From: a virus
DNA: 64,000 nucleotides
Direction: 5' to 3' (one strand)
IMG/VR virus record: IMGVR_UViG_3300045988_135886
The notes under the pieces were generated by a model. The model was not told the DNA's origin, ran no database searches, and saw nothing but the letters and a program-made list of their open reading frames with translations. Of the stretch, positions 10,022 through 18,357 are shown one piece after another (within the stretch, counting starts at the first letter, position 1; each line of letters opens with the position of its first letter). The position numbers and the translations under genes were made by a program.

Positions 10022-10251
10022 CTCCAACAATATGTAGCGATTGAAAATCCTATAAGAATCATGAAATATGCTATAGGTATCGCAAAAAACATTTTCATAA
10101 TTGAAATTAGTAAAATACACAGGTCTAATTTTTTATCCGCAATCATGTTTAATATTCTTACTACTGGCAAAAGCATTAACTTCCAACCACTACATATAGC
10201 TCCAATTACTCCACATATAGCAGAAATCCATCCCATGGTTTGCTTAATCAC
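10009..10251 (-). CDS. Small integral membrane protein (80 aa)
   Basis: GTG start behind AGGAGGAA, GTGA overlap with the upstream stop, several hydrophobic segments. Confidence 0.55.
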   Translation of the reverse strand: MIKQTMGWISAICGVIGAICSGWKLMLLPVVRILNMIADKKLDLCILLISIMKMFFAIPIAYFMILIGFSIATYCWRWWK

Positions 10252-10613
10252 TTAATTCCTCCTAAACTATCAATCCATTGTTTTACCTTGCCATTATCGT
10301 ATGTTTTTGTAATCAATACGGCAGACACTGTTTGCCCTATTCTTCCATGATATTTACGATATGTACTTTCATCACTAAGTGAATATTCAGTTCCGTTATA
10401 ATTTACCGTAATTTCATATTCAGCATAATCAGTTCGAAATTGCGGAACATGATTAACCATACCTGTAAAACGGGTTTCTTTAGGTTTATAATATTCATTT
10501 ACAACTGTGACCTTCACGCTTTCCTCTTTTTTATCAATGCATTTAGCGCAACCAGTTAATGTTGAAATACTTATCAATAAAACTCCTAAAATACTTAATA
10601 CTTTCTTTTTCAT
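10248..10613 (-). CDS. Lipoprotein
   Basis: MKKKVLSILGVLLISISTLTGC (signal peptide + lipobox). Start moved to ATG 10613; ATGA overlap. Confidence 0.7.
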   Translation of the reverse strand: MKKKVLSILGVLLISISTLTGCAKCIDKKEESVKVTVVNEYYKPKETRFTGMVNHVPQFRTDYAEYEITVNYNGTEYSLSDESTYRKYHGRIGQTVSAVLITKTYDNGKVKQWIDSLGGIK

Positions 10614-10783
10614 AAACTCTCTCCTACATTTGTAGTTAAGGTCCAATCTTTTTGAGTTCCATAAGGATAAGAACCATATGTTATAGTATTATCCTCAGTA
10701 GTTTCAGTTCTGGTCGTCTCCTCAATAAGATGACCTTCTTTATCATATTTCTTAGTAGTTTCCGTAATCGTAGTTTTTACCAT
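10610..10783 (-). CDS. Small Thr/Glu-rich protein (57 aa)
   Basis: ATG 10783 behind AAGGAGGAG; the track N-terminal extension is rejected. Confidence 0.5.
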   Translation of the reverse strand: MVKTTITETTKKYDKEGHLIEETTRTETTEDNTITYGSYPYGTQKDWTLTTNVGESL

Positions 10784-10799
10784 TGTCTCCTCCTTTATA

Positions 10800-10828
10800 T
10801 TGACAAACCACCTCACCTAAAGTACAAT
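10800..10828 (+). promoter_or_regulatory. Sigma70-type promoter on the PLUS strand
   Basis: TTGACA (10800-10805), 17-nt spacer, TACAAT (10823-10828). Back-to-back with the minus-strand start at 10783. Confidence 0.55.
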
Positions 10829-10924
10829 ACGATTGATCCCAGGTCTGTACCGGGTGAGGATCTTCTGAATGGGTAATGTGATATGGGATTGTATCACACA
10901 TTATTTTTGAAGGAGGTGTTGCCT

Positions 10925-11080
10925 ATGGCAGCAGATATCATAACTATACTTACTTGCTTTTGGCCGACATTACAATTCGTAGTTGTTAACGTTATCCTCA
11001 CCCTACGCAGCCACCTCATTATTACTGACGCAAAATCCCTATATTCGCTGTTTTTTCTACTACCGTCAGTGTTGGTATAG
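10925..11080 (+). CDS. Small hydrophobic peptide (51 aa); the only credible plus-strand gene; type I toxin-like or moron
   Basis: GAAGGAGGTG (10909-10918), 8 nt from GGAGG to ATG 10925. MAADIITILTCFWPTLQFVVVNVILTLRSHLIITDAKSLYSLFFLLPSVLV. This is the in-frame internal start of track ORF 10883..11080. Own promoter and terminator. Confidence 0.5.
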   Translation: MAADIITILTCFWPTLQFVVVNVILTLRSHLIITDAKSLYSLFFLLPSVLV

Positions 11081-11098
11081 CTCCACACCGTTATTTTT
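11069..11098 (+). terminator. Candidate rho-independent terminator (plus strand)
   Basis: GTGTTGG-tatagct-CCACAC (6 bp with one bulge; the TAG stop is in the loop) followed by cgTTATTTTT. Confidence 0.4.
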
Positions 11099-11155
11099 AA
11101 CAGCACTGTAATTACAGCCGGCTCCTATCTCGCTATACGTTACCCTCATTATTAA

Positions 11156-12127
11156 TTATTTATTTTCAACAGTTGCTACATTGCCTGATGTTAATTCTCC
11201 TGCGTCAACAATTGTTGCAGCGTTTCCACCCTGTACCTTCGGCACATCACCATTCCATTTATCAATTTTCTGTTTCTCAATAAGCTCTGGAGTAAGAGAC
11301 TCGGCAATTTTCTTATTTGCTTCTGCTTCAGCATCCGCTTTAATTCTTGTTGCTTCCGCTTTACCTTCAGCAGTAATCTTCGCCTGTTCAGCCTCAATAG
11401 CGGCCTTTTCTTTATCCTGTTCTGCTGCAATAAGAGCAACTTCTTTATCTTTATCTGCCTGTACCTTTGCAGTCTTAGCTTCAATATTTGCAAGTTCCAG
11501 TTCCTGCTGTGCATTTACTTTCTTCTGAATAGCTGCCTGAGTTTCGTCATCGGTTGAAATCGAAGTAAAGTTTACAGTATCAATGATAATTCCATATGGC
11601 TCAAATTTCTTTTTTAAGTATTTGTCAAGTGCTTCATTCAGTTCCTGGCGTTTATCACCAAATACATCTGTTACCGGATACTTAGCAGTCACTTCCTGTG
11701 TCCACGCTTTCATCTTTGGTTTAATGAAAGTATTTTTTACACTTTCTCCGGACTGACCTTTAAATTTTGTAAATACATCAGCAACTTGATCCTGATCGAA
11801 CTTATAAGAGAATTCCAAATCAACAAGAAGCTGTTTTCCATCAGCAGTAGGTGTCTTAAAACTCTCATCTTTTGGTGAATCACCTTTATCTTCTGAAGTC
11901 AGATAAGACTGTTCAATACCAATTGAATACAGTGATGTTTTTACTGTAGGTGAAATCAAATTCCATCCCTGTGGAAGAGTATCTTTTGAAATTCCACCGT
12001 TCATCTTGTATTCTACAGCTACATAACCAGCAGGAACTCTTACTGTGCACTTTGCTATACAAATTAATCCTGCTGCAATTATTACTGCTAATCCAACCCC
12101 ACCTAAAAAACCTTTTTTCTTTTTCAT
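11156..12127 (-). CDS. SPFH/Band-7 (prohibitin/flotillin-like) membrane protein
   Basis: N-terminal TM helix, SPFH core, long Ala/Glu/Lys coiled-coil C-terminus (AQQELELANIEAKTAKVQADKDKE...). Confidence 0.75.
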   Translation of the reverse strand: MKKKKGFLGGVGLAVIIAAGLICIAKCTVRVPAGYVAVEYKMNGGISKDTLPQGWNLISPTVKTSLYSIGIEQSYLTSEDKGDSPKDESFKTPTADGKQLLVDLEFSYKFDQDQVADVFTKFKGQSGESVKNTFIKPKMKAWTQEVTAKYPVTDVFGDKRQELNEALDKYLKKKFEPYGIIIDTVNFTSISTDDETQAAIQKKVNAQQELELANIEAKTAKVQADKDKEVALIAAEQDKEKAAIEAEQAKITAEGKAEATRIKADAEAEANKKIAESLTPELIEKQKIDKWNGDVPKVQGGNAATIVDAGELTSGNVATVENK

Positions 12128-12294
12128 TACTCATTCCCCTTATCTTTTTCTTTATTTTCTTCTCTATTTATTTCGTCTGTTGCATCTTTCCAAATTCTAT
12201 ACAAGAATCGTCCGAATGGATAAAACAATGCAGATAATAGGAACCATAAAATTACTGCTCCAACCAATACTAAAAATACAAATACTGGATTCAT
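12127..12294 (-). CDS. Small membrane protein preceding the SPFH gene
   Basis: ATG 12294 behind AAAGGAGAGAG; MNPVFVFLVLVGAVILWFLLSALFYPFG then a charged tail; TAATG junction with the SPFH gene. Confidence 0.55.
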   Translation of the reverse strand: MNPVFVFLVLVGAVILWFLLSALFYPFGRFLYRIWKDATDEINREENKEKDKGNE

Positions 12295-12304
12295 ACTCTC
12301 TCCT

Positions 12305-12556
12305 TTATAATTCAATACCTTCCATAACAGCTCTAGCTTCTAAGATAGCTAAATAGTTTGCCATAGCATCAATCTGAATATTATAAGTACTTCTTGGACA
12401 TGTTGGCTCAAAACTAAGAGTTCCATTGTCCCATTTAAAAAGCATAGACTGTAAACCTCTGAATCTAAGCATTAACTGATAATACTCAGCTTTAAATCTT
12501 TCTTTATAATCTGGGCTAACCATCATTTCTGTTGTTTCTTTTAATGTTTTTACCAT
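12305..12556 (-). CDS. Conserved small phage protein (function unknown)
   Basis: ATG 12556 behind AAGGAG; KERFKAEYYQL..RF.GLQSML...FEPTCP...QIDAMANYLAILEARA, a pattern I recall from Firmicutes phages. Confidence 0.55.
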   Translation of the reverse strand: MVKTLKETTEMMVSPDYKERFKAEYYQLMLRFRGLQSMLFKWDNGTLSFEPTCPRSTYNIQIDAMANYLAILEARAVMEGIEL

Positions 12557-12707
12557 GTTATTTATCTCCTTTATGTTCTTTAATATCATTTACGAGTGTC
12601 CAAGTGAAAAAAGCTACTAGCATTAAACTAAATAAATTTTTATAAGTAATAAGATCTACTAATGATATTGCTATAAAAATAGCATATCAAGGATGATAAA
12701 AAATTTG

Positions 12708-13130
12708 TTAAACTTCATTTAATTCATCTCTCACTCTCATAAGTATCTTCCCAAGCCTATTTTCACCAACTCCATCTACAGTTCCCCAAATAGTGTCTCC
12801 CCAAGTATTACCCTCTTCCAAATATTCATCTCCTGTAGCAAGTAATTTTTCCTTAAGGTCTGGATTCTGAGTGAATTTAGCCAGTACGATTTCATACATT
12901 ACTTTATCTTTCACTTCTTCCCAATCTGATCTCAAATCAATCTTTCTACCTGCTGCCTTTGCCTCTGATGGGCTAGCTTGAGAAAATAACTGGAATTTTA
13001 GTCTACGATTTTTTGTTTTCTGTGCTTGAAAAGCTGCTTCATTATTTGTATAGTCCCATCCGTTATAACTTACCGGTGCCATATAAAAGTTACTTAAAAA
13101 GTAATAATCTCCAGTAAAACTATTAATCAT
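12708..13130 (-). CDS. NADAR (YbiA/DUF1768) domain protein
   Basis: YYFLSNFYMAPV...NNEAAFQAQK...GDTIWG; ATG 13130 behind AAGGAAGGA. Confidence 0.75.
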   Translation of the reverse strand: MINSFTGDYYFLSNFYMAPVSYNGWDYTNNEAAFQAQKTKNRRLKFQLFSQASPSEAKAAGRKIDLRSDWEEVKDKVMYEIVLAKFTQNPDLKEKLLATGDEYLEEGNTWGDTIWGTVDGVGENRLGKILMRVRDELNEV

Positions 13131-13143
13131 TCTTTTTCCTTCC

Positions 13144-13326
13144 TTAATAATCACTACAAGTTACTGTCAAACTTACAAATCCATCATTTTGCTCAAAAGA
13201 TGTAATAAGCTCATCTTTTACCAATTCTTCTACTATATCTCTGTCAGTTATTTTTGTTCCAATTAATTCAGGATCAGTCAAGTTGTATTCAGCTTCTACA
13301 GTGATCACTCTTTTTGTTGGTATCAA
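13144..13326 (-). CDS. Hypothetical protein, start uncertain
   Basis: The frame stays open upstream into the tRNA-like element. The only canonical start is TTG 13326. Confidence 0.35.
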   Translation of the reverse strand: MIPTKRVITVEAEYNLTDPELIGTKITDRDIVEELVKDELITSFEQNDGFVSLTVTCSDY

Positions 13327-13427
13327 AATTTCTTTCTCACATGCATCATCAATTGGTTTATTTAATATTCTTTTTCCTCTTTGCGTAATATCACCTCCAT
13401 ATTTTATTTCATTGTTTAACCTCCTTA

Positions 13428-13475
13428 AGTGTAGGTGAGGAATCGAACCTCACCTTAACCTTTTGTTACTACACT
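13428..13475 (-). ncRNA. tRNA-like acceptor/T-arm minihelix (3' tRNA fragment)
   Basis: Minus strand AGTGTAG-N15-GTGAGGTTCGATTCCTCAC-CTACACT: a 7-bp acceptor-like stem plus a canonical T-arm/T-loop, with no D or anticodon arm. Confidence 0.4.
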
Positions 13476-13559
13476 TATTTTCTCTTCCCTACAAAGAACC
13501 CAACTAAGAAACAGGCTAATAAGCATACCGCAAACACGCCTATATTCAACACTATCATT

Positions 13560-14309
13560 TTATTTGCCTTTCTTTGCTTTCAGTTCCTGCAGCTTTTTAT
13601 CAATTTCATCATCTTTCATTTTCTTATCCAGACGCTGTTTCTGTACAGTAGTAGAACTTTCATAAGCGATCCTAGCTCCATCAGCAGCTTCTTTCTGCTT
13701 TTTAACTCCGTCACGTACTTTCTCTAACATCTTTTCCTCTTCGCTGGAACATACTCCTGGCGTTACATTAAAAGCTTTTGATGCCTGAGCAGTCTCCAAA
13801 GTTAAAACAGCACTTTCTTTTTCTGCTTTTAAATCATTAAGTTGCTGCTGTAATACTTCTACTTTTTCTTTCTGTACATCAGCATTTTCTTTCCATTCTT
13901 TTAATGTATTTTTAATAAAATCAATCTTATCATTCAGCTCCTGTTGTTCTTTTAAGTAGACTTTTGCCGCTTCGTCATCTCCTCGATCCACACAAGCATT
14001 TACATTTACATCTGCTTTCATGGCATCTTTCTTCAAATGGAACAAATCATCTTCATAATTAGAAATCTTACCAAGCATCTGCTGATATCTTACATTTTCC
14101 TGCTGAAGTTCATCTTCTTTCTTCTCAATAGCGGCATTATAATATGCTTTAGCTCCTTCAGGTGTAGACGCATCTTTCTGAATCGCTTCGTTTGCCGTGC
14201 CAGATGCTCTTATCCTTACTCTTTTTCCAATTTTACTATTAAAAAAGAAACAAAGTCCTACGAGTACTAAAATAACAATTATAATAATTGCTCCAGCTGT
14301 AATATTCAT
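13560..14309 (-). CDS. PspA/IM30-like coiled-coil protein with N-terminal TM anchor
   Basis: TM MNITAGAIIIIVILVLVGLCFFF, then ACVDRGDDEAAKVYLKEQQEL and LTLETAQASKAF, which resemble PspA helices; TAATG junction with terD. Confidence 0.55.
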   Translation of the reverse strand: MNITAGAIIIIVILVLVGLCFFFNSKIGKRVRIRASGTANEAIQKDASTPEGAKAYYNAAIEKKEDELQQENVRYQQMLGKISNYEDDLFHLKKDAMKADVNVNACVDRGDDEAAKVYLKEQQELNDKIDFIKNTLKEWKENADVQKEKVEVLQQQLNDLKAEKESAVLTLETAQASKAFNVTPGVCSSEEEKMLEKVRDGVKKQKEAADGARIAYESSTTVQKQRLDKKMKDDEIDKKLQELKAKKGK

Positions 14310-14947
14310 TAGTCTCTCCCCTCATCAATATCAAGCCCAAAGTTTTTAAACAGTTCTGTCATACCTCCTACATAACCGGAACCTAATGCCTGGAATTTGA
14401 ATCCATCTCCGTAACGGTATAATTTACCCATTTCTACTGCATTCAATTTTTCAAAGTTTTCATTCTCAGACAGATCATATTCATACTTATCACCATCTGG
14501 ATTGTCGTAATCACAAATTGTCATAATTGCATTGGAGACCATTCCAAAATTCTGCATACGCTGTAAGGCCCTAAAAATTGTTAAGCAGATAGTAAATTCT
14601 GTTTTATCTTTCGGGAAAGTATCAGCATGCACAATGAAATATTCGTCATAATGCTTTCCATTGAAAATCATTCCCTGAGAATCATCACCAGTTTTATTGT
14701 CTCCTGAATAGTCTACCCAAGGATATGCAGAACCATCTTCATAGGTTTTATAGTTTACTAAATCTTCTGGATACACTACTTTACGACTTGAATCTGTTAA
14801 AAATCCATTGATATCAAAGTCAATGTCTGCTTCACCAGCATAACGGTTCTGATCCCAATTGACTCCAATAAAGAAATTCTTAATGCCTGTACCATCTTCT
14901 TTTACCATACTAATTTTCTGATTTTTGCTCATGTTGATTACTGCCAT
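14309..14947 (-). CDS. terD: TerD-domain (tellurite-resistance/Ca2+-binding) protein
   Basis: DIDFDINGFL, GDNKTGDD, FKFQALGSGY motifs typical of the TerD family. Confidence 0.85.
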   Translation of the reverse strand: MAVINMSKNQKISMVKEDGTGIKNFFIGVNWDQNRYAGEADIDFDINGFLTDSSRKVVYPEDLVNYKTYEDGSAYPWVDYSGDNKTGDDSQGMIFNGKHYDEYFIVHADTFPKDKTEFTICLTIFRALQRMQNFGMVSNAIMTICDYDNPDGDKYEYDLSENENFEKLNAVEMGKLYRYGDGFKFQALGSGYVGGMTELFKNFGLDIDEGRD

Positions 14948-14964
14948 ATTTCTTTATCTCCTTT

Positions 14965-15732
14965 TTATTTATTATTCAGCCAGTCTTTATACTGACGAAG
15001 AATCTCTGTATATAACTGTTCATCAGACATTTTATTCATGTCTTTTACTGCTGTAAAACCAGTGTTATCATGTTTTCTACCTTTCATATCATCAAGAGAT
15101 TTTAAATAGTCAAAATCTTCATCTCCAATTCCTATGAACTGCACGAAGATGTTGTACTCTGAAAGCTCTTTAATAACTGCATTGGTGGCAAAAGTATCAC
15201 TGTTCTCACCATCTGTAATAAAAATGATAAATGCTGGAATCTCACTTGGCTCAATATCTTTATAATATGTAACCATTTCTTTCAATACAGGAGCATAATT
15301 AGTACCACCCATATACATATGAGCTTTTTTCATAACATTTTTAACATAACTACTATAATTATCAGCGTTAGCAGCTTTTAAGCGCTCTGCTCCATTTGAG
15401 AACAGCCAACTCTCAAGTTCTCCATTATCGTCAAATCTTAGAGCAATAGGCAACAAACGAGAAATGGTTTCCTGTACAGATCCATTATCATACAGCCAAT
15501 CCATACTTCCTGAATAATCCATTGCAAGAGCTACTCTAGCCGTATGTTTTGTCATATCAATCTTGCTTCCCTTAGACATATCAATAAGTACTTTGCCAAG
15601 ATTTTCATTGTGCTTAGACATATCAATTGTCTGTAACTTTTCTTCATATACAGGTTGCTGAGTTACAGCAGAAGATAACTCTACTGCTGCTTCCTCATCT
15701 TTTTTTCCGAATAATTTTCCCAAAAATCCCAT
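14965..15732 (-). CDS. von Willebrand factor A (vWA) domain protein
   Basis: MIDAS motif LAMDYSGSM, ...GGTNY..., FITDGE. Confidence 0.8.
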   Translation of the reverse strand: MGFLGKLFGKKDEEAAVELSSAVTQQPVYEEKLQTIDMSKHNENLGKVLIDMSKGSKIDMTKHTARVALAMDYSGSMDWLYDNGSVQETISRLLPIALRFDDNGELESWLFSNGAERLKAANADNYSSYVKNVMKKAHMYMGGTNYAPVLKEMVTYYKDIEPSEIPAFIIFITDGENSDTFATNAVIKELSEYNIFVQFIGIGDEDFDYLKSLDDMKGRKHDNTGFTAVKDMNKMSDEQLYTEILRQYKDWLNNK

Positions 15733-15733
15733 T

Positions 15734-18355
15734 TTAGTTACTTCCTTTCTTACAAATTGCTTTTCTAATCCAATCTACAGGCACAACCATAAATGCTGTC
15801 ACTAAGACTACAATCCACTGTTTAGCATCCATTGGAGTTGTCTGTACTAGATTTCCTACAAAGTTACACAAAACTACAGTCATTGCAAAAATACCCAATG
15901 CGATATACACAAATAATTTGTTATTTTTAATTCCTTTGAAAAGATTCATACTATCTGTTCTAATAGTGAATCCATTAAATACTGCCATTAGACACAATAA
16001 AGCGAATCTCGCTGTCATAGCCGAAAGTTTTGTTGTAAACATATTTCCAACTGGACCAAATGTAATTACACCAAATAAAGCAATAAATACAATTGAACTT
16101 AATGCAATTCTCCCTTTCGCTCCACGGATAAATAATCCGGATCCTTTCATGATAGGCTCTTCATTCATATATTCCTCTTTTGGCGGTTCTCCACCAAAGC
16201 TTAATGAGTTAAGTGAATCCATGATGATATTTACAATAAGGATCTGAACTGCTGCTAATAGAGCAGAGCCACCAGAAATAATTGGAAATACCATACTTAA
16301 GATCAACAACGAAATATTGATAGGTAGCTGGAATTCAAGGAACATCATAATGTTATGCATAAATGTTCTACCAAGTTCGACTGCCTTTACCACACTTGCA
16401 AAATTATTGTCTGTCAAAACAATATCTGCTGCTTCTTTTGCTACATCAGATCCGTCTTGCATTCCAAAGCCTACATCTGCTTTCTTTAGTGCAGGAGCAT
16501 CGTTCACACCGTCTCCGGTCATTGCCACAGACATTCCAATTTCTTGCGCTAATGTTACAAGACGAAGCTTCGTATTCGGTGAGCATCTGGAAATTACTCT
16601 TAACTGTGGAATAATTTCTTTTACTTTTACATCTGACATTGCCTCAAACTCATCATTGGTAACTGCTAAGTCTCCAGGCTTATAAATGCCAGCTTCCATA
16701 GCAACAGCCTTAGCAGTCTCCATACAGTCACCAGTAATTTCAATTACCTGAATTCCAGCTTTATGAGCAATTTTTACTGCTTCTGGAACTTCATTCCTAA
16801 CCGGGTCAACAACTCCAATGACTCCAAGGAGATTCATTTCATCGGGGAGACCATCATCAGTTTTATCTGAGATAGTCAATGCAATACATCTCATTGCCTT
16901 CTCTGTCAATCCCTTAATATGGCTCTTTAAAGCTTTTCTTTTTTCTTCTGTCAGCTCAGTTGCAATGCCATCATTATCAAGATAAAATTTACACTTCTCA
17001 ATTAATTTCTCTGGTGCGCCTTTATAAACAGTAAAATCATTTGCTCCATTATTTAAAGTAACTGCAGAGAATTTATTTTCACTACTAAATGGAACACGTT
17101 TTTTCATGATAGCTTTATTCTGTATTTTTTGTGCATCTTCAGGAGAAAGCATATCAAGCACTGCTCGATCAATTGAATTGCCACCAGTGATATTCCCATT
17201 AGAATCAAACACTGCACTATTATTCATACAAATGTTTAAATCAATTAGCTCGTTGAGCGGACTTTCCTTATTAAAAATATCCTGACAGTTACCGTTAATC
17301 ATAACTGTAGAAGTCATTTCACCTGTTGTGAGAGTTCCTGTCTTATCCGTACAAATTAAATTAACATATGCCAATTCAGGAATTTTACCAGTATTCTTCG
17401 CAAGAATATTGAATTTTTCCATTGTCGATACATTCTGTTTAGTTACAAGTTTTACAATGAGTGGCAGACCTTCCGGTACAGCCGCAACAATAATTGTTAA
17501 TGCATTTGAGATATTCTGTGCTACTTTCTGAATATTTTCAAGAATGTTTCCTGAGAAATACTGACTTAAACTTCCAGCATTTAAGATACCTGTAATTGTC
17601 ATAATTACAAATGCTAATACTGCCGCAATTGTTCCCCATTTTGAAATAAAATCACACAAATGATCCAGAGCAATATCAAGAGCTGTCTTAGGAGGCTCTA
17701 AAGTCTGCATTTTGACAAGAGTATCACCGTTAACTGTATTAACACCAACATCTGTAACAATCATTTTTCCTTCACCAGACATAATAACTGTTCCTGCAAA
17801 GAGCGAACACTGATCCGTATATGCAGCAGTAGATGTTGTTTTAACATGCTTATAATTAGCACTAGGAATTTTTCTACATTCTTTTGTCTCTCCATTGATA
17901 GCGGCATTATTAACAGAAATTTCTCCTTCAACAATAAAACCATCTGCAAAAATCTCTTGTCCAGTTCTCAATAAAACTAAATCACCTACTACCAGATCAT
18001 CTTTATTAATTGTCTGTACGCTTCCATCTCGAACAACATCACAATATCTAACTGCCGTTTTTGCTCTTAACTCTGCTGCAGATTTCTGTATTCCTAGACC
18101 TGTCTTAACAGCAATTTCAGTAACAATAGCTAAAACTACTATAATCATTACAGGTTCAGAAAGAGCCATTACTCCCATAGCTCCTAGAACTAACTGGAAT
18201 AAAGCAATTATTATTAGAATCATAGTAATTGGCTCAGTTAATGCTTCCTTAGCAAAATGATACCATTTTTTCAATTCAGGTTCCGGAAGCTTATTACTTC
18301 CATATGTAGTCCTACTAACCCCTACTTCGCTACTTTTTAATCCATTAAAATTCAT
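15734..18355 (-). CDS. P-type ATPase, Ca2+-transporting (type II-like)
   Basis: 873 aa; phosphorylation site ICTDKTGTLT, hinge MTGDGVNDAPAL, TGE-like loop, about 10 hydrophobic segments. Confidence 0.9.
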   Translation of the reverse strand: MNFNGLKSSEVGVSRTTYGSNKLPEPELKKWYHFAKEALTEPITMILIIIALFQLVLGAMGVMALSEPVMIIVVLAIVTEIAVKTGLGIQKSAAELRAKTAVRYCDVVRDGSVQTINKDDLVVGDLVLLRTGQEIFADGFIVEGEISVNNAAINGETKECRKIPSANYKHVKTTSTAAYTDQCSLFAGTVIMSGEGKMIVTDVGVNTVNGDTLVKMQTLEPPKTALDIALDHLCDFISKWGTIAAVLAFVIMTITGILNAGSLSQYFSGNILENIQKVAQNISNALTIIVAAVPEGLPLIVKLVTKQNVSTMEKFNILAKNTGKIPELAYVNLICTDKTGTLTTGEMTSTVMINGNCQDIFNKESPLNELIDLNICMNNSAVFDSNGNITGGNSIDRAVLDMLSPEDAQKIQNKAIMKKRVPFSSENKFSAVTLNNGANDFTVYKGAPEKLIEKCKFYLDNDGIATELTEEKRKALKSHIKGLTEKAMRCIALTISDKTDDGLPDEMNLLGVIGVVDPVRNEVPEAVKIAHKAGIQVIEITGDCMETAKAVAMEAGIYKPGDLAVTNDEFEAMSDVKVKEIIPQLRVISRCSPNTKLRLVTLAQEIGMSVAMTGDGVNDAPALKKADVGFGMQDGSDVAKEAADIVLTDNNFASVVKAVELGRTFMHNIMMFLEFQLPINISLLILSMVFPIISGGSALLAAVQILIVNIIMDSLNSLSFGGEPPKEEYMNEEPIMKGSGLFIRGAKGRIALSSIVFIALFGVITFGPVGNMFTTKLSAMTARFALLCLMAVFNGFTIRTDSMNLFKGIKNNKLFVYIALGIFAMTVVLCNFVGNLVQTTPMDAKQWIVVLVTAFMVVPVDWIRKAICKKGSN

Positions 18356-18357
18356 TC

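Noticed and set aside
10894-11106. Minus-strand 70-aa ORF and the long form (start 10883) of the plus-strand ORF in the GC-rich island
   Set aside because: Neither start has an SD. The minus-strand translation is not protein-like. Only the plus-strand ATG at 10925 is preceded by GAAGGAGGTG and by a consensus promoter.
13428-13530. Attempt to fold the region as a complete (or long-variable-arm) tRNA
   Set aside because: Only the acceptor-like stem and T-arm can be drawn. No D-arm (no GG/A14 features) or anticodon stem exists in any register up to about 100 nt. It is therefore reported as a minihelix or fragment instead.
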